From: the human T2T-CHM13v2.0 reference genome, Homo sapiens
Reading direction: 5' to 3' (one strand)
Assembly (NCBI RefSeq): GCF_009914755.1
Contig: NC_060933.1
Length of the DNA stretch: 64,000 nt
How positions within the stretch are numbered: position 1 is the first letter of the stretch; every line of letters starts with the position of its first letter. A program made the position numbers and the translations under genes. Below, in pieces: positions 36,567 to 52,339 of this stretch. The notes beneath the pieces are model-generated. The model did no database searches and was not told the DNA's origin. It saw only the letters and a program-made list of their open reading frames with translations.

Positions 36567-38925
36567 TTAAGTGTACGTAGTATCATAGGGAGGCTGGATT
36601 TTGATTGCAGGATCAGGGAATTTAGCAGGGATCTGAGAGATTAAGAGAGAACCAGGCTAATGGGCAAGGGAGGATTGGGCTGAGTATTCTGGGTTGGGGG
36701 GGACCAAGTGTGCTGAAGCCTGGAGGTGGGAGGGATCAGAGTTCATTTGAGGAAGAGAGGCTGTGTCTATTAATGGGGATCATCAGGCATCAGGCTGGGT
36801 GAGATGGGTCTGAGGGAGCCCTGAGGGTGTGGCCAGGGACCAGTCAGCAGGTCCCCCAGGTGATGGGGACTCTGGCTAGCTTTGGGCCAGTACCACTATC
36901 CAAGGAGGGAGGAAGCGCTGAGGCAGGGACTCAGCCCAGTTCCCTTCCTTTCCCTTCAGCAATGCCCACTGAGCCCCTCCTGGGGATCTGAGCTTCTGGC
37001 CTTACCAGGGAAGGAAAGGGTGCCTTTCCCAGTAGGAGGCTGCAGGGCTGGGCGGGGAAACTGAGGCAGAGACCTGGGATGTCAGTGGGACAGACACAGC
37101 AGGGAAGGGAAGGGTTCAGGATGTCCCCTTCCACCGATCAAAGTACCTCTGACCCTCGGGGTCCCCAGATCCACCTTCTACCCTATCCAGGGTTGGGTCA
37201 GAGCCTTGGCGGGGCTGAACTTGTAAAGTCCCTGAAGCTGACAGGGACCCTGGATCAGGGATGCACAGGGAGATTGAGAGGTGGGACTGCTGACCTGCTC
37301 TGGGAGTCTGAGCCATCACTGGGTCCCACAGGGGCTGGTGATCTCAATGCAGTAAAGGTGCTGAGGACTTGGGCCAGAGACCAGAATTAAGCTGGTGGGA
37401 AAATGCAGGCTGAAGGAGCCTGTGAGAGTGGGCAGAAGAATTGGAGGGACATGTTTGTGTTTGTGTGTGCGTGCGTGTGTGTGTGTGTGTGTGTCTGTGT
37501 AGCAAGAAGATTTGGGGCAGGGGTTTAATGATCACCTGAGCTCTGGGAGGCCCTGGACTCTGCTGGCTCTCAGGGCTGGGGGGATGCCCCTTCTCCCCGG
37601 GGAGAAGAGTGTGGCTTTTCACCACTAGTCCTGGAGGTAAGAAGGCGACTGAAGAAGGGAACAGTGGAGTCAGATGGTCTTCATTCTCCGCCACAGTGGA
37701 GTGCAGTAGCGTCACATCTGGATCCCACCTGGGTTCCTTAGCTTAGCAGCTGTGTATCCTGGGGCAAGTTCTCGGCCCTTTCTGACAGGTTTTCTCCTCT
37801 GGAAAGTGGGAAGAGTGCCATTTTGTTCCCAGGAGTTGCCATGCCTGGAACAGAGCCTGGAGGCTTCAGTAAATGGTGGGTGAGTGTGCAGGGGGTTTGG
37901 GCACTCCCGGGCATGTCTGAAGCATCAGGGTCTGTGTCAGTAGTCTCAAAGGCAAGGAGGACATTGTGAAGGGTGCAGGGTGAAGGGCAAGAATATGTCT
38001 GTCACCTCCTGGACCCATGGACTCACATCTGAGCCGTGGAGAGGTAGTGTCTGGGCAGGAGCTGAGGACAACTTTCATGGGGATGCTGGTGACTGGGGGC
38101 AGTGGCGGAGCTGCTGGGGGCCTAGAGAGAGCTGCCTTCTCCCCGGGCTGCACCCACCCAGCGACTTCAGCTCATTGAGGGCTGCAGACAACTCAGGAGT
38201 CCTTTGGTGCAAGGAGGGCTGGCAGCCTTGTTGGTATCGGAGGCAAGGGACACAGACTTCAAAAGGGGGGGACAGGAGAATGTTGCGGGTGGTCTCCATT
38301 CTAGGGGAATCCCAGAGCTACCAGGAGGAGGTCCTATGCTGGTGTGCTTTTGTGGGGGTGGAGGGAGCATGCCAGGAAAATGCGGGTCACGTCTGTGGAA
38401 ACGACCCACAGGTGCCCACCACTGTGGAGGTCTGGGGGTCACAGGGTACAGGTATGCAGGTTAGGTGGAACCATGCCCTCCTGGTCACCAGTGCCCGAAG
38501 AAAAGATGCCAGGATGATGCCTGTGGCACATGTCCACAGAGCAGTGCTGGGGCTGGGTGAGGGGAGTGTGGCCCCTTGGACACAAAATATAAAGAGTTCC
38601 TTGCCATCAGCGTGTTGCAAGTACACGGTCAGCACCTGAGGGTGCCTCACACCCCTCACTTAGTCCCAACACTGACACATTTGCCTTGCCTGTCACTTGG
38701 GGACACTGAGTCTTGGACTGAACCTGTATGCAGAATCCACTGAGCTTATGTTTCCCAGCCAAGGGAGGAAGGGACACCATCATCCCTTCCTTTGTAGGTA
38801 AAAATGCCCTTCGTCCATTTCTCCATGATTAAGCAAAAATGGGAAATTTATCAGCTGGATTTCAGGAAAAGTCCAGGGGTAGATTTAGCTACAGGCACGG
38901 CTGTATCTAGGGGACTCAGATGATG

Positions 38926-39246
38926 TTTTTTTAAAAAATCATTTTATTTTTATTTAAAAAATGTTTTTTAGAGACAGGGTCTTGTTCTGTCACCAGGCTG
39001 GAGTGCAGTGGTGCAGTCATGGTTCACTGAAGCCTCGAATTCCTAGGTTCAAGCCATCCTCCTGCCTCAACCTCCGAATAGCCAGGGCCACAGGTGTGCA
39101 CCACCACTCCTGGCTCATTTTGTTTTTTATAGAGATGGGGTCTTGCTATGTTACCCAAGCTGGTCTCAAACTCCCGGCCTCAAGTGATCCTCCTGCCTCG
39201 GCCTCCCAAAGTGCCAGTATTATAGGTATGAGCCACCGCACCCCAC
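38926..39246 (-). mobile_element. AluJ-like element
   Basis: Reverse Alu; CAGATGAT duplicated on the flanks. Confidence 0.88.
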
Positions 39247-39293
39247 CAGATGATACTGGCTTTTGGACTGAAATCATAGAGCACAGTGGTTAA

Positions 39294-39704
<411 letters not shown>

Positions 39705-40574
39705 TGAGGTTATTGACCTGCAGATGCTTCAATTCATTCCTGTGTAAAATGGGGACAATGATACTACCCAGCTGTGGGGAGCTGTGAGGAGTCCTTGTGA
39801 TGACGCCCGCCAGGCACGGCTCCCCTTGGCCCTCTGAGGATCCACTGAGTATAGGCGACCACTCCCTGGCCCCATTCTTGTGAGAACAGAAGCTTCCTTC
39901 TCATTGGCTCCAAGCCTAGGGGTGGGGCCTATCCTGTACGTCCAACTCAGACTTTGTTCTCATTGGCTCCAAGCACAAGGGGTGGGGCCTATGGTCAGAT
40001 AATGTCACACGTACCCCCAGGCAGACCTGAGAGCACCTCAGCTTAGCACTGGCAAACTCGGCACTCAGGCGTCGCCTTCAGGATTTTTGATCATCCATGT
40101 ACTCCTCACATGATTATTAGCACACATGACAAATGGACCTTATTTTTTTACAAATATTTATTTTAAAAGGAAAATTTACCTTCCGTGGGAGACACTATGA
40201 TTGTGAAAGATTCCAGTTGTGGCTGCAGCACCCGCTGTGTGACGTTGGGGTCAGTACCAACCACTCTGAGCCTCAGTTTCCTTCTTTTTTCAGCAAGAAT
40301 AATAATGATCTGACCCCACAGGGTTTCCAAAGATTAGGTGAAATTAAAATACGCAAAGCTCAGAACAACACCAGACCTGTTGTAAGTGCTGTACACGTCT
40401 TAGCTATGTTGTCATCATTATTGTTAGTAAGGGAGAAACCAGTGTTATTGCTGTAGGTGGAGGCAACTATAAAAATAAATACAATGAAAATGCACTGAGG
40501 TTAATAAATTCCATGTCTGCATCCTGCAGAGGGCTCCAAGCCCAGGACCTACAATCTTTGTTAACAAGGGTGAT

Positions 40575-41005
<431 letters not shown>

Positions 41006-43189
41006 TCAAGGGTTGCAAGGAGGACAGGAAGACACTCTGACCTGTGTTAAGAGCTATTTGCCAACTATGTGACCCCAACAGGTTTCTCCACCTCTCTGAG
41101 ACACAAGTTCCTCCTCTGAAAATGATGTCAACCAGGTGGCCCTGCTAAGGCTGCTGTGAGATGACAGCAGGGAGTCAAGGGCTTAACATAGTCCTGGGCA
41201 TGCTCCAGGCTCTTGTGGCCTCCATAGTCAGTCAGGGAGGCTTTTAGGCCACATCTGGGGACAGGACTGCCGGAAAGCCGGGAAAGCTGGGAGGCAGTGG
41301 CCAAAGGTGATGTTTAAGGTGGGCTTTGCAGACACCAGTGTGGTTGGGCTTTTCTCCACGAGCCGCTCTGGGTTCACCCATGATTTTTCTGTTTTCAAAG
41401 GCTGAGAAATCCGGTGGAGGGGGCCAGGATGCCCCTGAACCTGGTCATGGGAGCCGTGGTGGCCTCTGCACACTGCTGTCATCCAGGGGCCAAGCGGGAT
41501 CCAGAGGAAGCTGCCTAACAGGCAGCTGCAGTGGCAGAGGTGGCCTGTGTGCCACCACGCTCACTGAGCAGAGCAGTGAGATGTGACCGGGAGGAATGGG
41601 GGCCTGCCTGGGCCTCCCCACACGTGCCCATTGCCAATTTGCTGATGACCCCGCGCCAGGCTCTTCACCTCAATGCTCCAGAGTCTGCAAAGTGGGGTGA
41701 GGGGTGGGGGCCAGCACTATTACCTATGGACCTCAGAAGGTTCTAGAAGAAGCAGCTCAGGGCATGAGGGGGACCTGAGGTTCCAGGGTTGGTCTGCTGG
41801 GATTCGCGGTGTGACTTTGGGCAGGTCTCTCCGTGCCACTCTGGGTATCAGTTCACACCTCGGTTCCTGGGGCTTGGTCTGGGTGATCCCCACAACTTCA
41901 GCCTTTGACGGCTGGGATTCTGCGGGCTGCAGAGAGAGACCAGCTAATGTGGCAGAGGAAGACTGGGTTGGGGAGAATGCCTGTCTGTGAGGCGCCCCTA
42001 AGAAACTCCCTGCCATTTCAAGAGGGCCGTGGGGTGGGTAGGGAAGTGGGGACACAGAGGCTAAACAACTGGGCTTTGGAATCATTTGCACCTGGTGTGA
42101 CTCCTGGCCCCATGTGTGCCCCCGTGTGACCCTGGACAAGTGCCTCCTCCTCCCAGAGCTCCAGTCTTCTCATCTGTAAAATGGGGGTGATGGTGGCATG
42201 TAGGACGCTGACACCTGACAGCATTGGGGATAAATTGCTGAGCACAGCATCAGGCTCACAGAGGGCCTAGTAAATTACAGGCAATACAAAGACTACTGCT
42301 GTGGATTCTTACTGTGTTTTGTGGTTGGTCTTCCTGCTTTGTGCAGATTCAGAACCAGGGGTGTGACAACATCCTACAAGGGTGGGAGGCCAGGGCAGGC
42401 CAGGGCTATGGGAGCAGAAGGGTTAAGTCTCCATGGAAACAGGCATGCATTATTTACGTGGCCTAATGAATAAAACATTTATGTGGTAGGCTAATAAATT
42501 CCCTCACACAAAGCAAAGTAAGCTATGATTTAAATATCGGCCTCCGCTGGCAGGCTGAGTTATGGAGCCTGCTCAGGGGAGACCCTCTTGGCTTTCTTTA
42601 TACCTCCATCGGCTGGATGGAGTGGGAGGGCGAGAGAGGAGAGGAGGGAAGAAAGCGGGGAGGTGGAGACCCTTCCTAGTAAGCGGCTTTCTGGGCCCTC
42701 CTGACCTGAGGCCTGAGCCCCTTGTTGCCCCTGCTGTGACTCTGTCTCTCCCAGCCCAAAGCTGCTGCACCCCTAGGGGCCTTTTCCTAGAGCTGGAGCT
42801 GCAGAGGGAGGATTGGGTGACAGGTGGGACTGGCCCTTGGAGAGCAGAGATGGCCTAAGGTGGGGCACAGCCTTCTAGGATCTCCTGGGGGTGGCAACTT
42901 CTCTTAGGGAGACAGGCCACACCTCTGGGGCTTAAGGGGCTTAGACATGAGCACTGGGCAGTGGGAACATCCGTCAGGTTTGGGAGCTTGTCAGGTCCAC
43001 TCTGGAGTAGTCTGGGATCAAACAGAGGGACAGCTGGGACTCGCCGTGGGGAGCTGAGATGGGGCGTCGGAGGAGGATGTGGGTGCAGAGCCTGGGAGAA
43101 GGTAAATCAGGTGTCTGGTGAAAATGAAGCAGCCCCACTTTGGCCTCACCCGCCTTTGTCATTGTCATCTCCCTGGCTTTATCTCATCA

Positions 43190-43475
43190 CTTCTTCCCTT
43201 TTTGTTTCTGCCTGTCTGTCTCGCTGTCTTTTGTCTCTCCTTCATTTGCTCTGGTTCCCCCCTTCTTTCTCTGTATCTCTGTCTCCTCTGCCTCTCTCTC
43301 TGACTTTCTTCTTTTCTCTCCCTCTGTTTCTGTCTCTCTCTGTGTATCTCTTTTTCTCTGTGTCTCTTTCTTTGTGTCTTTGTTTCTTTATCTCTGTCTG
43401 CTTCTCTGTCTCTCTCTCTGTCTCTACACCTTTGTCTTGGTCGGGGTCTCTCTCTGTCTGCCTCTGTCTCTCTCA
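43190..43475. repeat. CT/TG-rich low-complexity tract
   Basis: Degenerate (CTCTGT)n / (CT)n. Confidence 0.85.
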
Positions 43476-43994
43476 GAGGATTCTGACATGGCAGGAGGAG
43501 GGGTCCCACATTCCTGGACCAGGGTGTGAGGCCTCCACTGGGCCCTGGAAAAAGGGTGGTTGTGCAGGAGGAGGGGGCTGCCTCGGGGCCTAAAGGGTTG
43601 AGCATTTGTCTGAGAGGCACTGAGTGTTGCAATGGTGCTGGGGAAGTGGTTCAGGCATCATCCGTACCAAAACCAGGTGGGTAGCACTGGGTGCCCCTTA
43701 GCCAGAGGCCTTCTCTGTTCTGGTCCCCGGGAAAGCCTGAAAAGGGAGATGTAAACTTTGAACACGTTCCTCATGCTGGATCAGGTCCTCCTGGCAACCA
43801 CCCCAGGAAACTGTCCAAGGCAGCTGTCCTGCCCCAGAGGCCATTAAATCACATGCTGGGCATAGTTCCTCCCTCAACACCCACTGGGGCTTCAGCTTCC
43901 CACTGCCATGAGGGCCTGGGGCTATAGCCCTTTGGGGACTGCCTCCTAGGGCAGCCGGCACCCGGCTGCATGGCTGGTGATGCGGCTGCCTCAC

Positions 43995-44910
43995 TGTTCT
44001 GGTTATCTATGGCTATGTAACCAGTTACCCTAAACCAAAATGGCACAAAACAACACCATTGTATTATGTTCATGATTCTGTGGGTCAGGAGCTCAGGCAG
44101 GGCCCAGTGGACGTAGTCCCTCTCTGGTCCATTGTATCTGGGACCTCAGCTGGAGATGGCTGGAATGGCCTGACTAGGACCACCTGTCTGGGGTTGTGGG
44201 TCTTCTCTGTGTGGCATCAACAAGGGCTGGAGTGTCTGAGGTGGTTGCTTCACTCACATGTCTGGTGCCTGAATAGGCTGGGCAGACATCTCTGTGTCTC
44301 TGTTTGCAGCCTCTCCAGGGGGCTAGCTTGGGCTTCCTCAGAACATGGCGAACTCAGGGTATAGAGTTAGATTCCCTGAATGATTCTGACTCCCCTGGAG
44401 CAAGGATTTCGTTAGGAATTGCTGGTCTTCTTAAAGCCTAGGTCTGGGACTGGCCAGGCATCACATCTGCCATATTCTTTTTTATTTATTTTATTTTATT
44501 TTATTATTTTATTTTATTTTGAGACAGAGTCTCGCTCTGTCGCCCAGGCTGGAGTGCAGTGGTGCGATCTCGCCTCACTGCAAGCTCCGCCTCCTGTGTT
44601 CATGCCATTCTCCTGCCTCAGCCTCCTGAGTAGCTGGGACTACAGGTGCCCGCCACCACGCCTGGCTAATTTTTTGTATTTTTAGTAGAGACGGGGTTTC
44701 ACCGTGTTAGCCAGGATGGTCTTGATTTCCTGACCTCGTGATCCACCCACCTCAACCTCCCAAAGTGCTGGGATTACAGGCGTGAGCCACCGCGCCCGGA
44801 CACATCTGCCTTATTCTATTGGCCAAAGCTGTTTCAGACCAACCGAGATTCCAAGGGGGTGGAAGAATCGACCCCCACCTCTTGATGGGAGAATGGCATA
44901 CATACATGTT
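43995..44910 (-). mobile_element. MLT1-type LTR split by AluY
   Basis: TTATCTATGGCTATGTAACC...CATGATTCTGTGGGTCAGGA start and TATTCTATTGG...GATTCCAAGGG...CCACCTCTTGATGGG end. Confidence 0.65.
44479..44800 (-). mobile_element. AluY-like element nested in an MLT1-type LTR
   Basis: CAAGCTCCGCCTCC, ACCGTGTTAGCCAGGATGG and CCTCGTGATCC diagnostics; TSD CACATCTGCC(A/T)TATTCT at 44462-44478 and 44801-44817. Confidence 0.92.
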
Positions 44911-45664
44911 CAGTGAGGGAGGACTCAGTGACAGCATTGGAGGCAAGGAACCACATCCAGCCAATGGTGTGGTACAAGGGAAAGCCTCTACCCTTCTTCC
45001 AGGCAGGGGTAAGGCATAAACTTGCAGGCCAGACACTTCAGGGCTCATGTTCCAGTCTGATTCTCACTAGCTATGTGGCCTCAGCAAATGATTCCACTAC
45101 CAGTGCTCTGTTCTAACCTCTGTGAAATGGGGATCACAAGAGTGTCAGCCCCAGAGTATGTGGAGGGCTATGTGAGCTGGTGAGTATAATACCCCAAGCT
45201 ATCTCCAATATTAGCTATTCTTCTTCTCTGGCTTTCTCCACCCCTAGAGGCCAACCAAGTCCTGTAATGACACACATGGTCTCTCTTGGGTCCTCTTACC
45301 CTTCCAAGTCCTGGTGTGTTGCATTCTCCTGCCTCTCTCAACTCCCAGGACTGTGCAATAACATCATCTGTGAAGCTTTTGAAGCATCAGGGATGTGGTT
45401 GCCACCATGTGGGAGGGGGCAGGCCATTCTCTCTGTCCTCACTGTAGATCCCAGGGCAGTGCCACCTTCTGGAACCTGCCATAGCACAGGATGCTGTGCC
45501 CTGGAGCAGTGCTTCATCCTGGAGGCAGTGGCCAGGCAGGCAGTGGAGGAGGCGTGATACAGATTCCTCCTGTGCACAGGGAGGCGAGGAGGCTGAAATT
45601 CCAGGAGAAATGCCTCCCACACAGTGGGGGCACCCCTGCGTGCTCACCTTTGAGGCAGGCAAGC

Positions 45665-45880
45665 CTAGTGGTCAGGTCTGTGGATGTTGGAACCAGCCTG
45701 CCCAGGTTCTGCTCCTGGCTCTGCCACTTCCTGGCTTTGCAGCCTTAGACAAATTTTTTCACCATTCTGCACCTCACTTCCTCTTCTGCAAGATGAGGTG
45801 TTAAGGATACCTACCTCTGGGGGCTACTGTGAGAATTAAATTAGTTAATGTTTGTAAAGTGCTAATAGAGTGCCTGATAC
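45665..45880 (+). mobile_element. MIR
   Basis: CTGGCTCTGCCACTT...CCTCACTTCCTCTTCTGCAAGATG...TGTGAGAATTAAATTAGTTAATGTTTGTAAAGTGCT. Confidence 0.72.
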
Positions 45881-46043
45881 ACACTACACATGTGTTCTTT
45901 GTTAGCACTCTGGTGTGTATTTATGGTGTTGGCTGGGATCCTACAATGACAGGTGGGTGCTCAGTGACATTCTAACTGGGAATTTGTATTAACAGGGCCA
46001 CATCTGTCCTTAGATTGATGGTATCTGAGATGTTTGGGGCCTC

Positions 46044-46138
46044 TTTTTTCTTTTTTGAGACAGAGTCTTGCTCTGTTGCCCAGGCTGGAGTGCAGTGGTG
46101 TGATCATGGCTTACTGCAACCTCCTCCTCCCAGGCTCA
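46044..46138 (-). mobile_element. Alu 3' fragment
   Basis: TTTTGAGACAGAGTCTTGCTCTGTTGCCCAGGCTGGAGTGCAGTGG, truncated after about 95 bp. Confidence 0.8.
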
Positions 46139-47174
46139 ACCTAAATGTGTGACCATTGGTGACATAATCACAAAAAGAGCAACTATCCCAAGTGACTTTA
46201 AAATATAGGAATCTGGCTTTACATTACCAGTGGGGTATACATGAAAGGTAAAAGGAACTGTAAAAACAACCCTAAGCTAATTTCCATAATCACATTGTTG
46301 GTGAAGTGTTGGTCCTGTCATTCTAAGACTGTGGTGTGCACAGAGTGAAATAAAATAAGTGAGTAATTGTGTTAGTCTCATTGAGGACTAGGATCTTTTT
46401 TTGCATGTAAAAAAGGATATGCAGATATAAGTTCTATAAAGTTAAATAAAAACTCTGAATTTGAGTTGGAAGTAGTATAAATTCATAATGTATTTTACCT
46501 AAAAATGTTTAAAGAGAAGACACATTGCCTATCTCTGCCTACTGAAAAGCAGTAAAAACAGTGAAAAATCCAGTAGCACTGAGCACTCCCAGTACTCGGA
46601 TTATGGTTTCTAAATACATTTTTTCCCCTAGAAACCAGGATTCCTTGGAGAAATGACTGATTTGAGATCTAAGGTAGGAAATGTACAAGGTAAGCCTGGA
46701 ATGTCTTGTCTTTCTAGAAAGCAAAGATATATCAAAGACTTCCAAGATTGTAGATACAAAGACCCGGAAGCAAACTTGAAAAAGGGTCCATGGCTAATGA
46801 TTGGAACACAAGGATAATAGCTGCAATGGATTAAAGCACATCAAATATGTTTAAATCCATGAGTTTACAACGATACTAAACTAAACCAAACCAAACCAAT
46901 CCTCATAGGTCATCTTTGGAGGACGTTCGAGAGCCATTGGATTATTTTGAAAACAGGTAAATACAGAGAAAAAATAAGGTGCTCATGCTGCCATTAACAT
47001 ATGAACTTTACTTCAGGTTACCAATTAATTGATGATGGGAAATTTCTCTTTATAGATGTTATCCAGCTAATAAATGAGGAGGGAGATACAAATTAGAATA
47101 TAACTATTTTGCAATCTCTAATGAAATAAAGAATCTAGGCAATGAGCTTCAAACATCCCTAAAAGAAAATAAAG

Positions 47175-47445
47175 GCGACTGGGCATGGTGGTTCATGCTT
47201 GTAATCCTAGCACTTTGGAAGGCCAAGACAGGAGGATCGCTTGATGCCAGGAGTTTGAGACCAGCCTGGGCACATAGTTTGAGACTAGCTGGGCATGGTG
47301 GTGTGTGCCTGTAGCCCCACCTACTCAGGAGGCTGAGGTGGGAGGATCACCTGAGCCTGGGAGGTCAAGGCTGTGGTGAGCCATGATCATGCCACCGCAC
47401 TGCATCCTGGGTGACAGAGTGAGATCCTGTCTCAAAAAAATAAAA
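47175..47445 (+). mobile_element. AluJ-like element with an internal deletion of the linker region
   Basis: Left arm joins the right arm via CACATAGTTTGAGACTAGCTGGG, lacking the A-rich linker. Confidence 0.85.
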
Positions 47446-47639
47446 GACAAGAAAAGATAACCAGACATTATCTCTTGATGAAAGTGTGCAACAGCACTTA
47501 TGGAGTAGTGCTGAAAAAATAATAACATAAAATCTGACCAAGACCCTAGATCAACTACCAACTTATAGGAAATATAGTGGATGGAGAAACATCCTAAAAA
47601 ATACCGTGGGGATGCAATTGGCAGAGTCCAGACTAGTAG

Positions 47640-48133
<494 letters not shown>

Positions 48134-48679
48134 ACTATTTGGATTTTAATTTAAAAAAACTGTAAGAAAAAATTACAGGACAATTTGGTGAATATAAACT
48201 TTAACTGGATTTTATGACAAGAAAGAATTATTATTAATTTTTTAGGTGTGATAATGGCATTTTGAGACTTTTAAAGAATTTTGTAGAGATACACCTGAAA
48301 TAACAAATGAGTTGATGGGAAGTCTGATATTTGATTCAAAATTATCTAGGAATCAGGAGCGGAAGTTATAGTTAGAAATAAGATTGCTTGTGAATTGGGA
48401 ATTGTTGAGGCTGGGTGATGGGTAGATGGGGCTGATTAAATTGCATTCTCTATTTTTGTATAATTTTGAACAGTAAAATTTTCTCTGATAAAAATAGAAA
48501 TTTTAAGTTTTAAATAATGAACTAGAGTTAAAGTATAAAAAAAATTAAAAAACAGAACAAGTCAGTAACTCCTGCTTCCTGATATCACAACTTGACAGGG
48601 AATATTTGGGATGCGTAGGCTGCCCCCTCTGCCTTCCAATTTTCTAATGAAAGGACTTTATACATTTCCAAGGATCTTG

Positions 48680-48992
<313 letters not shown>

Positions 48993-49565
48993 ATTCATTG
49001 TTTTCTTTACTGACCACCCACCTGTTCCAGGGTTCCACGTCTGTGTCCTGGGTTCCATGTCTTGGTCCAATGCCTCGTTTCCAGGCATCCTTGACTTTCT
49101 TCTCCTGGACCCCAGTACTCTCTTCAAAGTGGGTTTCCACTTTGAAACCCCTTCCACCTGCTCTCTCCTCTGGGGTCTCTCTCCCAGTACGGGCCATCTT
49201 ACCTCCAGCTGTCTCTTTCTTAGTAGCTTTAGCTCCTAGACTGTTTTGACCTTGAAAGGTTTATTGGTTGGTCTTTGTGGAGTCCTGAAGGTTCCAGAAT
49301 GCTCTGCATTCCTGTCATTGTCTGAGGTGGCACTCAGACTCATGCTGTCTCTGGACTCCCTGAGGGAGGAGCCTAGCAAACAGCCTCCCTCCCGTGTCCC
49401 TGCCCTTTCTCAGCCTGCTGTGACACTTCATCCAGGAAAGCTTCTCCGCCCATGTCAGCAAATTGTTTGACACAGGGCAAGGTGCTCTGAGGATCAGCAA
49501 GAGTGAGGCTGGGCCAAGAAGCCCCCAAACTCCAGCCCCTGTCTCCATGGCCCAGAGACTCATTC

Positions 49566-50119
49566 TGTGAGAGTTTCTCTGCAAAGATGGCTGCCAACAA
49601 TTCCTCCCATCTCTGCATGCACATGCCTTCCTCCCTTCAACAGGTGGGGTCTTTTTCCCCGTATCCTTGAATCTGGGCTGCCTGACTTGATTTGACCAAT
49701 GGAATGTGGCAGGAGGGATGTCTTGAGATTACTGAGCTCAGACCTGAAGGGACCTTGTAGCTTCCGCATCAGCTCAGAGAAAAACAAATTGACGTGTAAA
49801 TCAGTCCAAGTCACCCTGCAGGAGGAGCGGCCACGTGGAGATAGAGGCCAGGAGAGTGAAAACTGAGGCTCCAGCCAACATCATAGGTAAAGGGACCCAG
49901 TTGTCCCAGGCAGCATACAGATATTTGAACCGTGCCAGCTGCGTCTGTGTGAGAGAGGCCAGCCTGGGCCCCTTAGGCCCCTGTCAAGCCACCCTAGTCA
50001 ATACCACGTGGAACAGGGATGACCCATCCCCATGACCTACAGAATCATAAGAAATAGGATTGTTTTAAGCCACTAAGTTTTGGGGTTTTTGTGATGCAGC
50101 AATAGATTGTTGAGAGACA
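49566..50119 (+). mobile_element. MLT1(E/F)-type LTR
   Basis: CAAAGATGGCTGCCAA start, CCTTGAATCTGGGCTG, and TTGTTTTAAGCCACTAAGTTTTGGGG...GCAGCAATAGAT end. Confidence 0.78.
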
Positions 50120-50394
50120 TAGACTTTCTGCTATGTCTCTAGACTTCTCAGGGGTTAGGTTGTCCTAATGAGTTGAGGTCAGAGGTCATTTGGCCAGCCC
50201 CTGGGCCCTGGGGGACACAGAGAGAAACCAGGGTTTTCAGGAGACTGTGTAGCTAAGAAGGACATGAGCTGTGGTGACAGTCACACCCAGCTTCCTGGAT
50301 CTGCCACTTACCAGCTGTGTGACCTAGGGCCTCACTGAGTTTCTTTCCACCTCGGAAAGTGGAGATAATAATTCTGTCTATCTTCTAGAGCTTC

Positions 50395-51030
<636 letters not shown>

Positions 51031-51639
51031 GTCTCGAAAAGATTAAATAATGAGTGTAAAGTGCCTAGCACAGCACCTGGCACACGAAAAGCCCTTGGTG
51101 AAGAGTGGCTGTTACTTTCGTAAATATTGTCCTGGGTAGGTGGTGGCCAGAGCTCAGATTTAGCAGGGTGGTGTCTGGGTTCCTGCTAGATGGGACAGAG
51201 GAAAGGAAATAACATTCCCTGAAGCCCTAACTATGTGTGGGTGACCATGAAGGGCTTTACTCAGGTTGGGCCACCAAGTCTTCACAATGGCCCATGGAGG
51301 AGCTATTTCTCTCCTCATTGGAAAGATGGGGAAACTGAGGCTCACAAAAGGGACATGACTTGCCCAAGCTCGTATAGCTGGTTTTGTAATGGAACAAGAG
51401 TTCTTGACTCTGGGGAAAGTGGTTCTGGCACAGTAGCTCTGTTTCCTCTGGAGGTCAAGTCCAGGCCCAGGACACCTCTCCACATCCTCCTCTTCCTTTT
51501 CCTCTTACCCTCCCCCTACCCAACTGCTCCATCTCCTCTCTGAAATCCATGGCCTCAGCCTGTCTCCTCTCTCCTTCCCCCGCTTCCAGCTGAGACTTCC
51601 AAAGGAACAAATTTATTTCTTTAAGTGTAAATGGACTCT

Positions 51640-52125
51640 CCCACAAAGATGCTGCTATGTCATTTCATACATTCTTTTTTAACTTCATCAAACAAAGTAC
51701 AGTTCTCTGGCGCTAATGTCAATCTCCACAGCTCATTGGGTTTTTAAAAATAGTGGAGACACAGATTTCATCTCCCAGCCTCAGTGAGGAAGGCAGCACT
51801 CTAGCCAGCGAGAGGAACCCTTCGCTTCTCACCCCAGAAAGAGCCATAAAACACGCTCAGTGCCGGAGCACGCGCCCATTTGACAAAGACAATTTGATTT
51901 GTCTGTGGCTTCTAAAATATTCATCCCACTTTGATGGACTATCGTTTTATAAATATAGATTATCATTAACCGACACCAGCGGTGCGCTGCTGGTCGACCC
52001 AGCGCCACGCCACTGGTTCGGGATGAAGACGTCTAATAAAAAAAATCATTATCTCTGTCTGCGAACCTTGATCTGTATCGTCTGCCTCATTTGCAGTGCA
52101 AGGGTCAGTAACTCATGCTAACTGC
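51640..52125. promoter_or_regulatory. Candidate conserved non-coding element
   Basis: Repeat-free; CCATAAA, TTTTATAA, TGACA and TGATGGAC motifs, with CpG-rich patches. Confidence 0.48.
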
Positions 52126-52339
52126 ATCTGTTTGTGCATTTCACGGCCTGGCCACCCCTGCTGGGGAGATTGGCAGAATGCTTCTCGAGTTCAGACCTGG
52201 GGTAAGAAATGGGGTGATTGAGGGAGGGGGAGAAAAGAAGGCTGAAGGGCTCTGCTGGGAACCCATTGAAAGGACTGGAAGAATGTATTTCCAGAGAGGC
52301 AGTGGAGTGCCGTGGGCATGGATGCACGTTTTGTTGTGT

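Noticed and set aside
42961-43632. 210-aa ORF resembling a membrane protein
   Set aside because: The hydrophobic stretch is a translated CT-rich low-complexity tract.
49123-49146. 10-bp hairpin TTCAAAGTGG-GTTT-CCACTTTGAA with two inverted TCF/LEF-like cores
   Set aside because: A 10-bp stem with a short loop is expected roughly once by chance in 64 kb; no supporting context.
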